From the IMG/VR virus record IMGVR_UViG_3300022748_000009, positions 1 to 40,892 of that record: a DNA stretch of 40,892 nucleotides; one strand, given 5' to 3'. Of this stretch, positions 17,501 to 26,194 are shown piece after piece. The first letter of the stretch is position 1, and every line of letters begins with the position of its first letter. The position numbers were made by a program, and so were the translations under genes. This stretch comes from a virus. Below the pieces are notes generated by a model. The model worked only from the letters and a program-made list of their open reading frames with translations, was not told where the DNA came from and ran no database searches.

Positions 17501-20500
17501 TGGCTGCTGCTTTCATCTCCACGCTTGAGGCATGGAATCGTGATGGCCGCATCACCAAGAAAAACGTCAAGGCACTTGGCGAGCTGGTGAAAGAGACTGG
17601 CGCAAAAGCCGTGGCTCTGTCAAAAGAAAAGCTGGCCGTGGCTGAAGCAGAGCTGGCCGCAGCCAAGACAGACAAGGAAATTGAGAAGGCAAGAAAAGCA
17701 GTCGCCAAAGACAAGAAGGCGATTGCCACCAACCAGTACATCGAGAACTTTGTTGGCTTTGAAGACTCGGCCGCGCTGCACCAGTACATGGACGGCATCT
17801 CGTTTGACGCTCGCAAGCGCGTGCTTGAAGTGATGGCCAGCAAGCAAGCTCTTGATCTTGGCGCACCTCCAATGGCACGCATCTTGGAGGCGACACGCGA
17901 GCCAAGTCTGGCTGGCCATCGCTGGGGTGACGGTGTCATCTTGCTTGAGGTCGACCAAGAGTCGCCACAGGTTGACCTTGGCACTGAAGGCACAACGCCT
18001 CACCCAGACTTCCCTGTTGGCATCCGTGGCCGTGTGGTTGGCAAGATGAACGCGCCAATCAACTACGAGCTGCTGTGGCAAGACTGGATGGCAGAAAACT
18101 CAGACAAGGCATCACCACGCCGCGCATTTGAGTTGAGCAAGCCCATCGTCAGCGTCACTCAAGAGCTGGTCGACAGCATCGGGCCAATCGTTCAAAAGAA
18201 CATCAGCTCGGCAAAGCAAGCACGCCTCGCGGCTGACTTTGCTGCCAACAACTGGAAGACATCGGACGATGCCAAGAAGGACGGCGGCGTATCTCCGCAA
18301 GAGTTCTTGGATGCAATCGACAACTCGCCAGCCAAGAATGTGCTGGGCAAGTACACCCTGTCTGAGCTGAAAAAGGGCATCAAAGACAAGACCATGAAGG
18401 TCTTCCAGCTAGGCGATGGCCAAGCGTTTTTCTTGCTCAAGACTGAGGGTGAGCGCGTCATCTTGGACACTTGGGTGGCCAATGAGCAGGGCGCAAACGG
18501 CATCATTGAGCCAGCCATCATGCTCAAGGCAATCAGCGAAGGCGCAACCGAGGTGAGCAGCTACGCCGTCAAGAGCGCCGAGTTCCCACAAGGCTTCTTG
18601 CCCACGCTGTACAGCGCCTTTGGCTTCACAGAAAACGGCAAAACACAGCCACTTTCTAAGCTGAAACTTACAAGCAAACAACTCGCTGACACGGTAAAAT
18701 ACTGGGCAGAGAGCAACACAGGTTTTGATGCAGCCAACGGCATGCCAGAACTTGTCACTATGGAGTGGAAACATGGAAAAGAACAACGAGAAGGCATCAT
18801 CGAGCGCTATCTCCAAAGCGGCTTTGCAAGCCTTTACTCAGGAGGAGTTGACGCAAATGCCGAAGCAGCTTCGTCTGAGTTTGATGACGATAATCAGCAG
18901 CAGGTTGAACAGGCACGACTTGCCAACTCCATCGAAAGAGGAATTGCTGGGTATCAAGAAAATGCTGCTCAACCACTTGACGCAGCCGCAACTCAACGAG
19001 TTGTCCAATCGATTGCCAGCCTAACTGACAATGAACTCAAGAATCTTGGCCTGACTTCAGAAGACAGAGCTTCGGTTCAAAAGGTCATTGGCCAGATGTC
19101 TGGCGTGCTTAACCAACGCGCCACACCGCAAAGCCTCGCAGAGAAATCTCGCACAGAATCATCGGCAAAGACTGGTTTGCTCAACCAGACAAACCGTGGC
19201 GGCTTTGCACCAAGCACATTGACCACCATCCTCACCAAAGAGGCTGACTACTCCACGCTGCACCATGAGACTGTCCACTTCGTTGTGGAGGCGTACACAC
19301 GCATCGCGCAGCAAGAGAACGCGCCAGCTCAGATCGTTGCCGACTTGGAGGCGCTCATCAAGTTTGGTGGCGTTGACAGCATCGAGCAATGGAATACCAT
19401 GAGCTTGGAGGAGCGCCGTCCAGCGCAAGAGGCCATCGCATACGCCTCAGAGATTTACTTCTTTGAGGGCAAGGCTCCAAGCGTTGAGCTTGAGTCTGTG
19501 TTTGACCGTCTGGCTCAGTGGATGCGCGACATCTACACATCAATCGTGGACGAGTTGAACGCCATGTACAAGCAAGAGTTTGGCAAGGATTTGCCGATCT
19601 TGAATGACGAAGTGCGCTCGGTGTTTGACCGCATGCTGGCCAGCGATAAGCAAATCCAGCAAGCGCAGGAAATCCGCGACATGGTTCCAATGTTCCAGAC
19701 TCAAGAAGAGTCAGGCATGGATGACGCGCAATGGCAAGCCTACAAGGCGATGGCCGATGAGGCAGACCAAGCTGGCGTGATGGATTTGACAAAGGCATCG
19801 TTGCGCCAAATCAAGTGGCTCGACAACGCACGCAGCAAGCTGCTCAAAGAGATGCAGAAGAAGACCGCAGCCCAGCGCAAGATCGTGCGCGAGCAGGTCG
19901 AGGAAGAGGTCAACAACGACCCTGTCTACATGGCAATCAACTTTCTCAAGCGCGGCGAGACAAAAGATGCTGACGGCAACCCTATCAAGGTGACGCAGGG
20001 CCACAAGCTCTCGTTGGCCGAAGTCAAAGCCCTCTACCCAGAGAGCGACACTAGCCTTGCCGCAGCACCCGACTTCACCACGCTTGGCTATGGCAAATAC
20101 GGCATGCTTGGTGAGCAGGGCATCTCGCCTGACTTGGTAGCTGGCATGTTCGGCTTCCAGTCTGGTGACGCTCTGGTGCGCTCGCTGGTCGATGCCAAGC
20201 CAATCAAAGAAGAGATCGAGGCTCGCACTGACCAACGCATGCTTGAAGAGCATGGCGAAATGTTTGACCCCAAGAGCGTTGACGCTGAAATCGAAAAGGC
20301 TCTGCACAACGAGGCACGCGCTCGTTTTGTGGCCGTAGAGTTGCGCTTCTTGGCCAAAGCCACGGCTCCTGTGCGCCTGATGCTGCAAGCCGCCAAGAAA
20401 GCAGCAAAGCAGATCATCACCAACAAGAAGGTCGGCGACATCAACCCTCGCGAATACTCCATCGCCGAAGGCCGCGCCGCAAAGCAAACAACTGCCGCCA

Positions 20501-23124
20501 TGAAAAAGGGCGACAGCTTGGCCGCGCAAAAAGCAAAGCAGCAACAACTACTCAACAACCAGTTGGCCGCGCAAGCCATCGAGGCCAAGGCCGAGATCGA
20601 CAAAGCCATCGATGGGTTCCGCAAGCTGTTCCGCTCTGACGAGAAGATCGCCAAGGGTCGCAACATGGACTTGGTCAACGCCGCTCGCGCCATCCTTGGC
20701 TACTACGGCATCGGCCCCAAGGGCAAGTCACCGCTCGACTTTATCGACACGCTGCGCTCATACAACCCAGACTTCTACGCCGACATCGAGCCGTTGATTC
20801 TGGAGGCTGCAAGCGGTTCCAAGCCATACACAGAGATGACCCTCGATGAGTTCCGCAGCTTGAACGATGCGATCAACTCGTTGTGGTTCCAATCAAAGCG
20901 CGACAACGAAGCGATGATTGAGGGCCGCATGGTTTCCATCGAGCAAATTCGCGGAGAGTTGGTTGGCCGTCTTGAAGAGATTGGCATCCCAGAAGTGGTG
21001 GCGGGTGAGCAAGCGCCGTTCACCAAAAAAGAAAAGTTCATGAAGCGCCTGTTGAACATCAAGGCGATTGGTCGCCGTGTTGAATACTGGGCAGACTCGA
21101 TGGACGGCTCCGCAGGTGGCAAGGCATTCACGCAATACATCTGGCGACCAGTGCGCCATGCGTTGGACAACTACCGTATTGACCGCAACAAGTACGTCAG
21201 CCAGTACGTTGACATGGTTGCAAAGCTCACGCTTGGCAAAGGCAAGATCGATGCAAGCGAAGAGATCGGCTACACGTTTGGCGATGAAAACGGCGGCAGC
21301 GGCAAAGCTGAATTGCTGGGCGCGATGCTGCACATGGGCAACGAATCCAACTTTAAGAAGCTGCTGGTCGGCCGTGGCTGGGGTTCAATCAACCAGAACG
21401 GCGTGCTGGACGCATCACGTTGGAATGCTCTCATCAACCGCATGATCGCTGAAGGCCATCTCACCAAGGCTGACTTCGACTTCTTGCAGTCGGTGTGGGA
21501 CTTGAACGAGGAAATCAAGCCTCTAGCCCAGAAGGCTCACCACGACATGTTTGGCTACTACTTCAAAGAAGTTGAGGCCACACCGCTGGTTACTCCGTTT
21601 GGCACTTACCGTGGTGGCTACGTCCCAGCGAAGACCGACCCAGACATGGTGCGTGACGCGCAAAAGAATGCCAAGATGGAGGCGCTGGAAAGCGACTTCC
21701 GTCAGTCCATGCCAAGCACTGGCCTTGGCTTCACCAAAGGCCGTGTCGAATACAACAAGCCGCTGTCGCTTGACCTGCGCGTGATGACCAAGCACATAGA
21801 TGACGTGATTCGTTTTGCTCATGTGCAACCAGCCATCAAGGACGTGCTGAAGATCATTCGCAGCCGCGACTTTGCAGACAACCTGTCTCGCATCGACTCA
21901 GAGGTTGTGGAGGGTATGTTGCTGCCGTGGCTCAACCGCGCAGCTCGCCAGATCACCAGCGAGGTTGGCCTGAACTCATCCATCGACAACTTCTGGCGCA
22001 CCGTGCGTCAGCGCACTGGCGTGGCCATCATGTTCGGCAACTTGAGCAACGCGCTGCAACAGTTCACTGGCCACTTCTTGACTGGCGTGAAGGTTGACAA
22101 GAGCAACATGAAAGCTGCGTTGGCCATGTACATGAAGAGTCCAAACTCTGTGACTCAGGGCGTTGTTGAGGCTTCCAAGTTCATGGAAGATCGCTTGAAG
22201 AATCAAATCTTTGACATTCAAGACAACCTCAACCAGTTGCTGCTGAACCCCACAAAGTTTGAAAAAGTGCAAGCATGGACAAACCAGCACGGCTACTTCT
22301 TGCAGACTGCATTTCAAAACCAAGTGGACATCGTTGCATGGGTTGGCGCGTACAACCAAGCGCTTGAGCAGCTCGGCTCTGGATATGACAATGCAGAGGC
22401 TCACGCCGAAGCAGTCCATCGCGCTGACGCTGTGGTGCGTATGACGCAGTCAAGCCTGACCGCAGAAGACAAATCTGCCTTCGAGGTTGGCACGCCGTTC
22501 ATGGCCACACTGCTTCAGTTCTCTGGCTACTTCAACATGATCGCCAACTTGAACGCCACGGAGTTCACAAAGATTTTCCGTGATTTAGGTTGGCGCGGCC
22601 ACAAGGGCATGCTGTTCCAGAAGTACCTGCTTGGCTTTGCCTTGCCGATGATCGTGGCCGATGCCATCGTTCGCACGCTTGGCGGTGGCTGGGATGACGA
22701 AGACGATGACGGCTACCTTGACGAGTTCATGGAGTGGTTCTTTGGCTCTCAGATCAAGGGCGCTGTGGCTATGGTTCCAGTGCTTGGCCCAGCCGTGTGG
22801 TCGCTCACCAACGTGGCCAACGACAAACCATACGATGACAAAATGTCATCAAGCCCAGCCGTGTCTACGCTCGAAGGTTCGACATTTGGCGTGGCCAAGG
22901 CAGCAATCAACCTTGTTGACAAAGACAAGGAAGTCACAGGAAAGAACGTAAGGGACGTTCTGACTGCAATCAGCTTGGCCACTGGCGTGCCAGTCGCAGT
23001 GCTTGGCCGACCAGTTGGCTACGCTGTTGACGTGAACCGTGGCAAAGTAAATCCAACCAGCAAAGCTGACTACGCTCGCGGCCTAATCACAGGCAAGGCA
23101 AGCGAAGAGTCAGTGAAGAAGTAA
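14587..23124 (+). CDS. Giant (2845 aa) polyvalent internal virion/ejection protein
   Basis: One uninterrupted ORF whose ATG overlaps the upstream stop (ATGA). It contains an ART-PolyVal-like region (MYHGT...AIFTTPDPEFADDY...MPVYVNATNPFDY...NLAVYNSNQVKSVF) and an HExxH region (ADYSTLHHETVHFVVE). The C-terminus has an acidic patch and hydrophobic segments. Confidence 0.9.
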   Translation: MSAYDDYISQLKKEQDRSTALATSLGDAVDTNPNDFAEMKRLSRAADMSIEAVPEFKSEAKTAKLLQDVGGADKFWKEAPRTSNFLVNPDNSKISHDQMQNMGQFERTFRMFGGSMEEGAGMSVSGVGRMLEIAQRNTIEGFANMFLPEPQKGPTGIQPSKPTADSLIGPMLGEDWVTVGKKLKDQAKDEIMVPASQQTFIDKVTGGVGQVAGQAITHILTGGFVSGLNLWAQGVDTVYDKVEKDKAAQGYKDIAALGGGAVTALTERWALDKMLGPLAVPVKNQVAAVLARIGVATASEGGQEFTENILHDTLRKALTNRDAEIDFGQAGEEGTVGAAVGGTVRSIVEAALHIKRRTSRAEEVERKTQVLETLNNLAAANEVRSRDAETFESWIDQVSEDSPVQNVYLSSDVLRQSGLAESLVKAAPAFEDAIKESLSTGRELEIPVADYMKVIAPTELSSQIIDDLRIEGETMTRREAREYIEVESKKLEAQIEERVKAAQQDEGFIKSSKEVQQVMFDQIKATGIYPANVARDQSFFQAKVYENLAARLGMTPMEAYNAFPNVIAKDEGGMMVEGDQMFNQRGEIQPESTAFKEFFKDTKIVDKEGKPLKMYHGTAQNIHQFRAKQAGAIFTTPDPEFADDYTEMSKDWMVDHYDEILSRQEVEAAMNVAAQRIREEFANDPDKAEILEHEMRVGDRLTNIKARSIFNKAIAEQMPSGPNIMPVYVNATNPFDYQNPEHVAAVVAEMNKQTDTWGRPRGDAAKNFLASGNWEEIEKTRTQDAIKALGFDGFYVKEGKHKNLAVYNSNQVKSVFNQNPTESPEILNQRGKGKVATEDAFDEDALKLEDEIADAGGEVKDVMQVDQLLDSKDIPIITMQDLVGMNIFPTIADRTAAAALYTGIDSSQINLAIPLLGGPFFPLRLTNALSNIVWANRGKGVTSQKAAKLKEGANYMMVLMGDADMHQSNSTVAAAFISTLEAWNRDGRITKKNVKALGELVKETGAKAVALSKEKLAVAEAELAAAKTDKEIEKARKAVAKDKKAIATNQYIENFVGFEDSAALHQYMDGISFDARKRVLEVMASKQALDLGAPPMARILEATREPSLAGHRWGDGVILLEVDQESPQVDLGTEGTTPHPDFPVGIRGRVVGKMNAPINYELLWQDWMAENSDKASPRRAFELSKPIVSVTQELVDSIGPIVQKNISSAKQARLAADFAANNWKTSDDAKKDGGVSPQEFLDAIDNSPAKNVLGKYTLSELKKGIKDKTMKVFQLGDGQAFFLLKTEGERVILDTWVANEQGANGIIEPAIMLKAISEGATEVSSYAVKSAEFPQGFLPTLYSAFGFTENGKTQPLSKLKLTSKQLADTVKYWAESNTGFDAANGMPELVTMEWKHGKEQREGIIERYLQSGFASLYSGGVDANAEAASSEFDDDNQQQVEQARLANSIERGIAGYQENAAQPLDAAATQRVVQSIASLTDNELKNLGLTSEDRASVQKVIGQMSGVLNQRATPQSLAEKSRTESSAKTGLLNQTNRGGFAPSTLTTILTKEADYSTLHHETVHFVVEAYTRIAQQENAPAQIVADLEALIKFGGVDSIEQWNTMSLEERRPAQEAIAYASEIYFFEGKAPSVELESVFDRLAQWMRDIYTSIVDELNAMYKQEFGKDLPILNDEVRSVFDRMLASDKQIQQAQEIRDMVPMFQTQEESGMDDAQWQAYKAMADEADQAGVMDLTKASLRQIKWLDNARSKLLKEMQKKTAAQRKIVREQVEEEVNNDPVYMAINFLKRGETKDADGNPIKVTQGHKLSLAEVKALYPESDTSLAAAPDFTTLGYGKYGMLGEQGISPDLVAGMFGFQSGDALVRSLVDAKPIKEEIEARTDQRMLEEHGEMFDPKSVDAEIEKALHNEARARFVAVELRFLAKATAPVRLMLQAAKKAAKQIITNKKVGDINPREYSIAEGRAAKQTTAAMKKGDSLAAQKAKQQQLLNNQLAAQAIEAKAEIDKAIDGFRKLFRSDEKIAKGRNMDLVNAARAILGYYGIGPKGKSPLDFIDTLRSYNPDFYADIEPLILEAASGSKPYTEMTLDEFRSLNDAINSLWFQSKRDNEAMIEGRMVSIEQIRGELVGRLEEIGIPEVVAGEQAPFTKKEKFMKRLLNIKAIGRRVEYWADSMDGSAGGKAFTQYIWRPVRHALDNYRIDRNKYVSQYVDMVAKLTLGKGKIDASEEIGYTFGDENGGSGKAELLGAMLHMGNESNFKKLLVGRGWGSINQNGVLDASRWNALINRMIAEGHLTKADFDFLQSVWDLNEEIKPLAQKAHHDMFGYYFKEVEATPLVTPFGTYRGGYVPAKTDPDMVRDAQKNAKMEALESDFRQSMPSTGLGFTKGRVEYNKPLSLDLRVMTKHIDDVIRFAHVQPAIKDVLKIIRSRDFADNLSRIDSEVVEGMLLPWLNRAARQITSEVGLNSSIDNFWRTVRQRTGVAIMFGNLSNALQQFTGHFLTGVKVDKSNMKAALAMYMKSPNSVTQGVVEASKFMEDRLKNQIFDIQDNLNQLLLNPTKFEKVQAWTNQHGYFLQTAFQNQVDIVAWVGAYNQALEQLGSGYDNAEAHAEAVHRADAVVRMTQSSLTAEDKSAFEVGTPFMATLLQFSGYFNMIANLNATEFTKIFRDLGWRGHKGMLFQKYLLGFALPMIVADAIVRTLGGGWDDEDDDGYLDEFMEWFFGSQIKGAVAMVPVLGPAVWSLTNVANDKPYDDKMSSSPAVSTLEGSTFGVAKAAINLVDKDKEVTGKNVRDVLTAISLATGVPVAVLGRPVGYAVDVNRGKVNPTSKADYARGLITGKASEESVKK

Positions 23125-23157
23125 GGTGACCGTAACTATGCAGCCAATGTTTAGCCT
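23125..23157 (+). promoter_or_regulatory. Copy 4 of the GGTGACCGTA-N17-TAnnnT motif
   Basis: GGTGACCGTA at 23125-23134, immediately after the stop at 23122-23124. TAGCCT at 23152-23157. AGGAG and ATG 23185 follow. Confidence 0.5.
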
Positions 23158-23184
23158 ATTCAAAATCCAGCAGGAGCCACGTCC

Positions 23185-25527
23185 ATGACGATCAGTTCAA
23201 CAAACCGCAGGGCTGGCCCATATTCGGGCAACAGCTCTCAGACGGCCTTTCCGTTTTCGTTCAAAGTCTTTGAAGCAGCCGACATGCTTGTCGTCAAGGT
23301 GGAGGTTGCGACCAACATCGAAACGACTTTGACGTTGACCACAGACTACACAGTCGCATTGAATGCCGACCAGAACTCAAACGCTGGCGGCACGATCAAT
23401 CTGGTCACGGCTCTGCCTACTGGCTACAACATGGTCATCAGCTCCAAGGTTGCGTACCTTCAAGAGACTGACCTGACCAACCAAGGCGGCTTCTATCCAG
23501 AGGTCATCACTGACGCACTTGACCGCCTGACGATTGAAGCTCAACAGCTCAAAGAAGGTCTTGATCGCGCAGCTCAGTTGCCGATCACAAGCTCTGCCGA
23601 TGCTGCCGCCTTGGTGGCAGACATCGAGCGCATCGCATCGAGCGCAGACAACCTTGACACAGTTGCAACCAACATCACTTCGGTGAACACGGTTGCTGGA
23701 AGCATTTCCAATGTCAACTCAGTCGCGGCAAACATCAGCAATGTGAACGCTGTTGCTGCCAACGAGACAAACATCAACGCCGTCAAGAATAATGCGACAA
23801 ACATTAACGCTGTCAACGCAAACAAAACAAATATTGACACTGTGGCTGGCAACAACACGAATGTGACGACTGTTGCTGGTATCAGTGCAAACGTCACAAC
23901 TGTGGCTGGCATCTCTTCTAACGTCACAAGCGTAGCTGGCAACGCAACCAACATCAATGCCGTGGCTGGAAATTCCACGAACATCAATGCTGTGAATGCA
24001 AACAAAACCAACATTGATGCTGTTGCTGGAAACGCCACAAACATCAACACGGTTGCATCAAATAACACAAACATCAATACAACAGTGGCCAACATGGCCG
24101 CGATTATTGATGCGCCTACGCAAGCCGCAAACGCAGCCAACTCTGCCGCAGCGGCCGCAGCTTCTGCCGCCTCTGGGATGTACTCAGCAGTGCAAGATAA
24201 GAGCGCCAACTACACAGTTGTGGCCGCTGATGCTGGTGACCTGATTCGTGTGACTACAACCAGTGGCGCTATAACAATCACGCTGCCTTTGATTGGTAGC
24301 ACAGGCATCACTGACGGCTTCAAAATTGCGGTTGTCAAATGGACATCTGACGCAAACCCAGTCAACATTGCACGCTCTGGCAGTAACACCATCAACGGCG
24401 CAACGAGCGCTCAGATTGGCTCGCAGTACAGTCAGATCATCTTTGTTGCCGATGCTGAGACAAGCACATGGTTTGCATCACAGTCTGGCCTTGGAGCCAC
24501 AAACGTCAACGTGGATGTATTTAGCGGCAACGCCAGCACAACAGCTTTCACGCTGTCGTCAGACCCAAGCTCAAAGAACAACACCTATGTTTCAATCAGC
24601 GGTGTCTATCAAGCCAAGTCGACTTACTCTGTGTCTGGCACAACGCTGACATTTAGCACTGCGCCACCAACTGGCACAAGCAACATTGAAGTGGTGTACG
24701 GCACACCTTTGGCTATCGGCACGCCAAGCGATGGCACTGTCACAACTGCTAAGTTGGTTGACGCTAACGTGACCTACGCAAAGATTCAGAACGTCACCGC
24801 AGGCAAGGTGCTTGGCCGCGACACCTCTGGCGCTGGCACGGTGCAGGAGTTGCCGATTTCCGTTGATAGCAGCGGCAACGTCACCATCCCTGCCACCTTC
24901 CAAACTTATGCTGCTTCCGCAGGAATAAACGCAACAAAGTTCGGCGCAGGTCGTGCAGGGGATTGGGTTTATCTGGATGGCAAGGCAAGTCCGTCAGCAT
25001 CTGATGGATACACCATATTTGGTATGCGTGCATATTCATCACTTGTGTCTTCTGATGTGCTGGTCGGAGCCACTGAATTTTTCAAAGAAGGTTCATCTAC
25101 AGACAATAAAGCCACTTATGTCGTGAATTTGCACAACGGTACATCTGTTGTTCAGCAATTAAGAGTGGCATCAAACGGTGATTTGCGTTTCAACAGCGGC
25201 TACGGCTCTGCTGCCACTGCCTACGGTTGCCGAGCTTGGGTGAACTTCAACGGCACTGGCACTGTGGCGATTCGTGCAAGTGGAAACGTATCGAGCCTGA
25301 CTGACAACGGTGTTGGGCTGTATGTTGTCAACCTAACAAGCGCACTGCCAGATACAAACGGAGTAGTAATGAATGGCGGTTGCTTTTCAAACGCTCAGTC
25401 AACAACAGAAAACTCGGCCTTGCTTACAAACATTAGCACAACGTCTGCCATTCAAATTTCTGCGTATAACACCGCAACTGGCGGTAGACACGATGCAACC
25501 TATGTAATGGTCGGCGCAGTACGTTAA
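23185..25527 (+). CDS. Tail fibre protein
   Basis: The N-terminus (YSGNSSQTAFPFSFKVF...DYTV...EVITDALDRLTIEAQQLKE) is the common fibre anchor pattern. The centre has a decapeptide repeat array. The C-terminus (AYGCRAWVNFNGTGTVAIRASGNVSSLTDNGVGLYVVNLTSALPD) is a recurring fibre tip domain (from memory). Confidence 0.85.
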   Translation: MTISSTNRRAGPYSGNSSQTAFPFSFKVFEAADMLVVKVEVATNIETTLTLTTDYTVALNADQNSNAGGTINLVTALPTGYNMVISSKVAYLQETDLTNQGGFYPEVITDALDRLTIEAQQLKEGLDRAAQLPITSSADAAALVADIERIASSADNLDTVATNITSVNTVAGSISNVNSVAANISNVNAVAANETNINAVKNNATNINAVNANKTNIDTVAGNNTNVTTVAGISANVTTVAGISSNVTSVAGNATNINAVAGNSTNINAVNANKTNIDAVAGNATNINTVASNNTNINTTVANMAAIIDAPTQAANAANSAAAAAASAASGMYSAVQDKSANYTVVAADAGDLIRVTTTSGAITITLPLIGSTGITDGFKIAVVKWTSDANPVNIARSGSNTINGATSAQIGSQYSQIIFVADAETSTWFASQSGLGATNVNVDVFSGNASTTAFTLSSDPSSKNNTYVSISGVYQAKSTYSVSGTTLTFSTAPPTGTSNIEVVYGTPLAIGTPSDGTVTTAKLVDANVTYAKIQNVTAGKVLGRDTSGAGTVQELPISVDSSGNVTIPATFQTYAASAGINATKFGAGRAGDWVYLDGKASPSASDGYTIFGMRAYSSLVSSDVLVGATEFFKEGSSTDNKATYVVNLHNGTSVVQQLRVASNGDLRFNSGYGSAATAYGCRAWVNFNGTGTVAIRASGNVSSLTDNGVGLYVVNLTSALPDTNGVVMNGGCFSNAQSTTENSALLTNISTTSAIQISAYNTATGGRHDATYVMVGAVR
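23650..24099 (+). repeat. About 15 imperfect tandem 30-bp units encoding the decapeptide N-x-T-N-I-N-A-V-A-G inside the fibre gene
   Basis: Translation reads NLDTVATNIT SVNTVAGSIS NVNSVAANIS NVNAVAANET NINAVKNNAT NINAVNANKT NIDTVAGNNT ... NINTTVANMA. NAVNANKTNID recurs 180 bp apart. Confidence 0.85.
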
Positions 25528-25539
25528 TAAGGAGCAACC

Positions 25540-25953
25540 ATGCCACAACGCATCATCTACCAAACAAACGAAGGCGGTGTCGCCATCCTCATCCCAAGCG
25601 GCGAGCTGCCCATCGAGGAAGTCGCACGCAAGGACGTACCCGCTGGCGCACGCTACGCCATCGTCAACACTGACACTGTGCCGACAGACCGCACCTTCCG
25701 CAGCGCGTGGGAAGTCGAACACGGCGACCTGAATGACGGCATTGGCATCGGTCAGCAAGCGTGGTTCATCGAGCAGTACGAAGCTGAGATTGCAACAATC
25801 AACGCAGAGCAAATGCCAGCGCGTTTGCCTGACAATCAGCAGACAGTCGAAGAGTATGCCGATGTCGTGGCTCAGTGGGAAGCAAGCAAAGCCGCACGCA
25901 TTGCCCAGCTCAACACTCAAATCGCAACACAGCAAGCGGAGATGCAAGCATGA
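25540..25953 (+). CDS. Conserved fibre-associated protein, unknown function
   Basis: A 137-aa ORF with SD AAGGAGCAACC before the ATG. GVAILIP...KDVPAGARYAIVNTDTVPTDRTFRSAW is a pattern seen next to fibre genes (from memory). Confidence 0.65.
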   Translation: MPQRIIYQTNEGGVAILIPSGELPIEEVARKDVPAGARYAIVNTDTVPTDRTFRSAWEVEHGDLNDGIGIGQQAWFIEQYEAEIATINAEQMPARLPDNQQTVEEYADVVAQWEASKAARIAQLNTQIATQQAEMQA

Positions 25954-26192
25954 TTACCATCAACATCGACAAGGCCAAAGCCATCGCGCATGACGTGCGC
26001 CGTGCTGCACGCGCCGAAGAGTTTAAGCCTCTTGATGAAGTCATCATGAAGCAAATCCCAAACACTGACGTTGCTGCTGTTGAGGTGGAGCGTCAAGCCA
26101 TTCGCGACAAGTACGCAGCAATGCAAGCAGCCATTGATGCTGCCGTTGCCGTGGATGAAATCAAAGCGGCCATGCCGCAGCAAGGAGCCTAA
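25950..26192 (+). CDS. Tail-fibre assembly chaperone-like small protein (DUF4376-like, putative)
   Basis: ATG 25950 overlaps the upstream stop (ATGA). KAKAIAHDVRRAARAEEFKPLDEV...VERQAIRDKY fits that family pattern (from memory). The ORF-track start at 25875 lies inside the upstream gene. Confidence 0.5.
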   Translation: MITINIDKAKAIAHDVRRAARAEEFKPLDEVIMKQIPNTDVAAVEVERQAIRDKYAAMQAAIDAAVAVDEIKAAMPQQGA

Positions 26193-26194
26193 TC

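Noticed and set aside
23574-24209. A 211-aa minus-strand ORF across the fibre repeats
   Set aside because: It is an artefact of the low-complexity 30-bp repeat, which stays open on the complementary strand.
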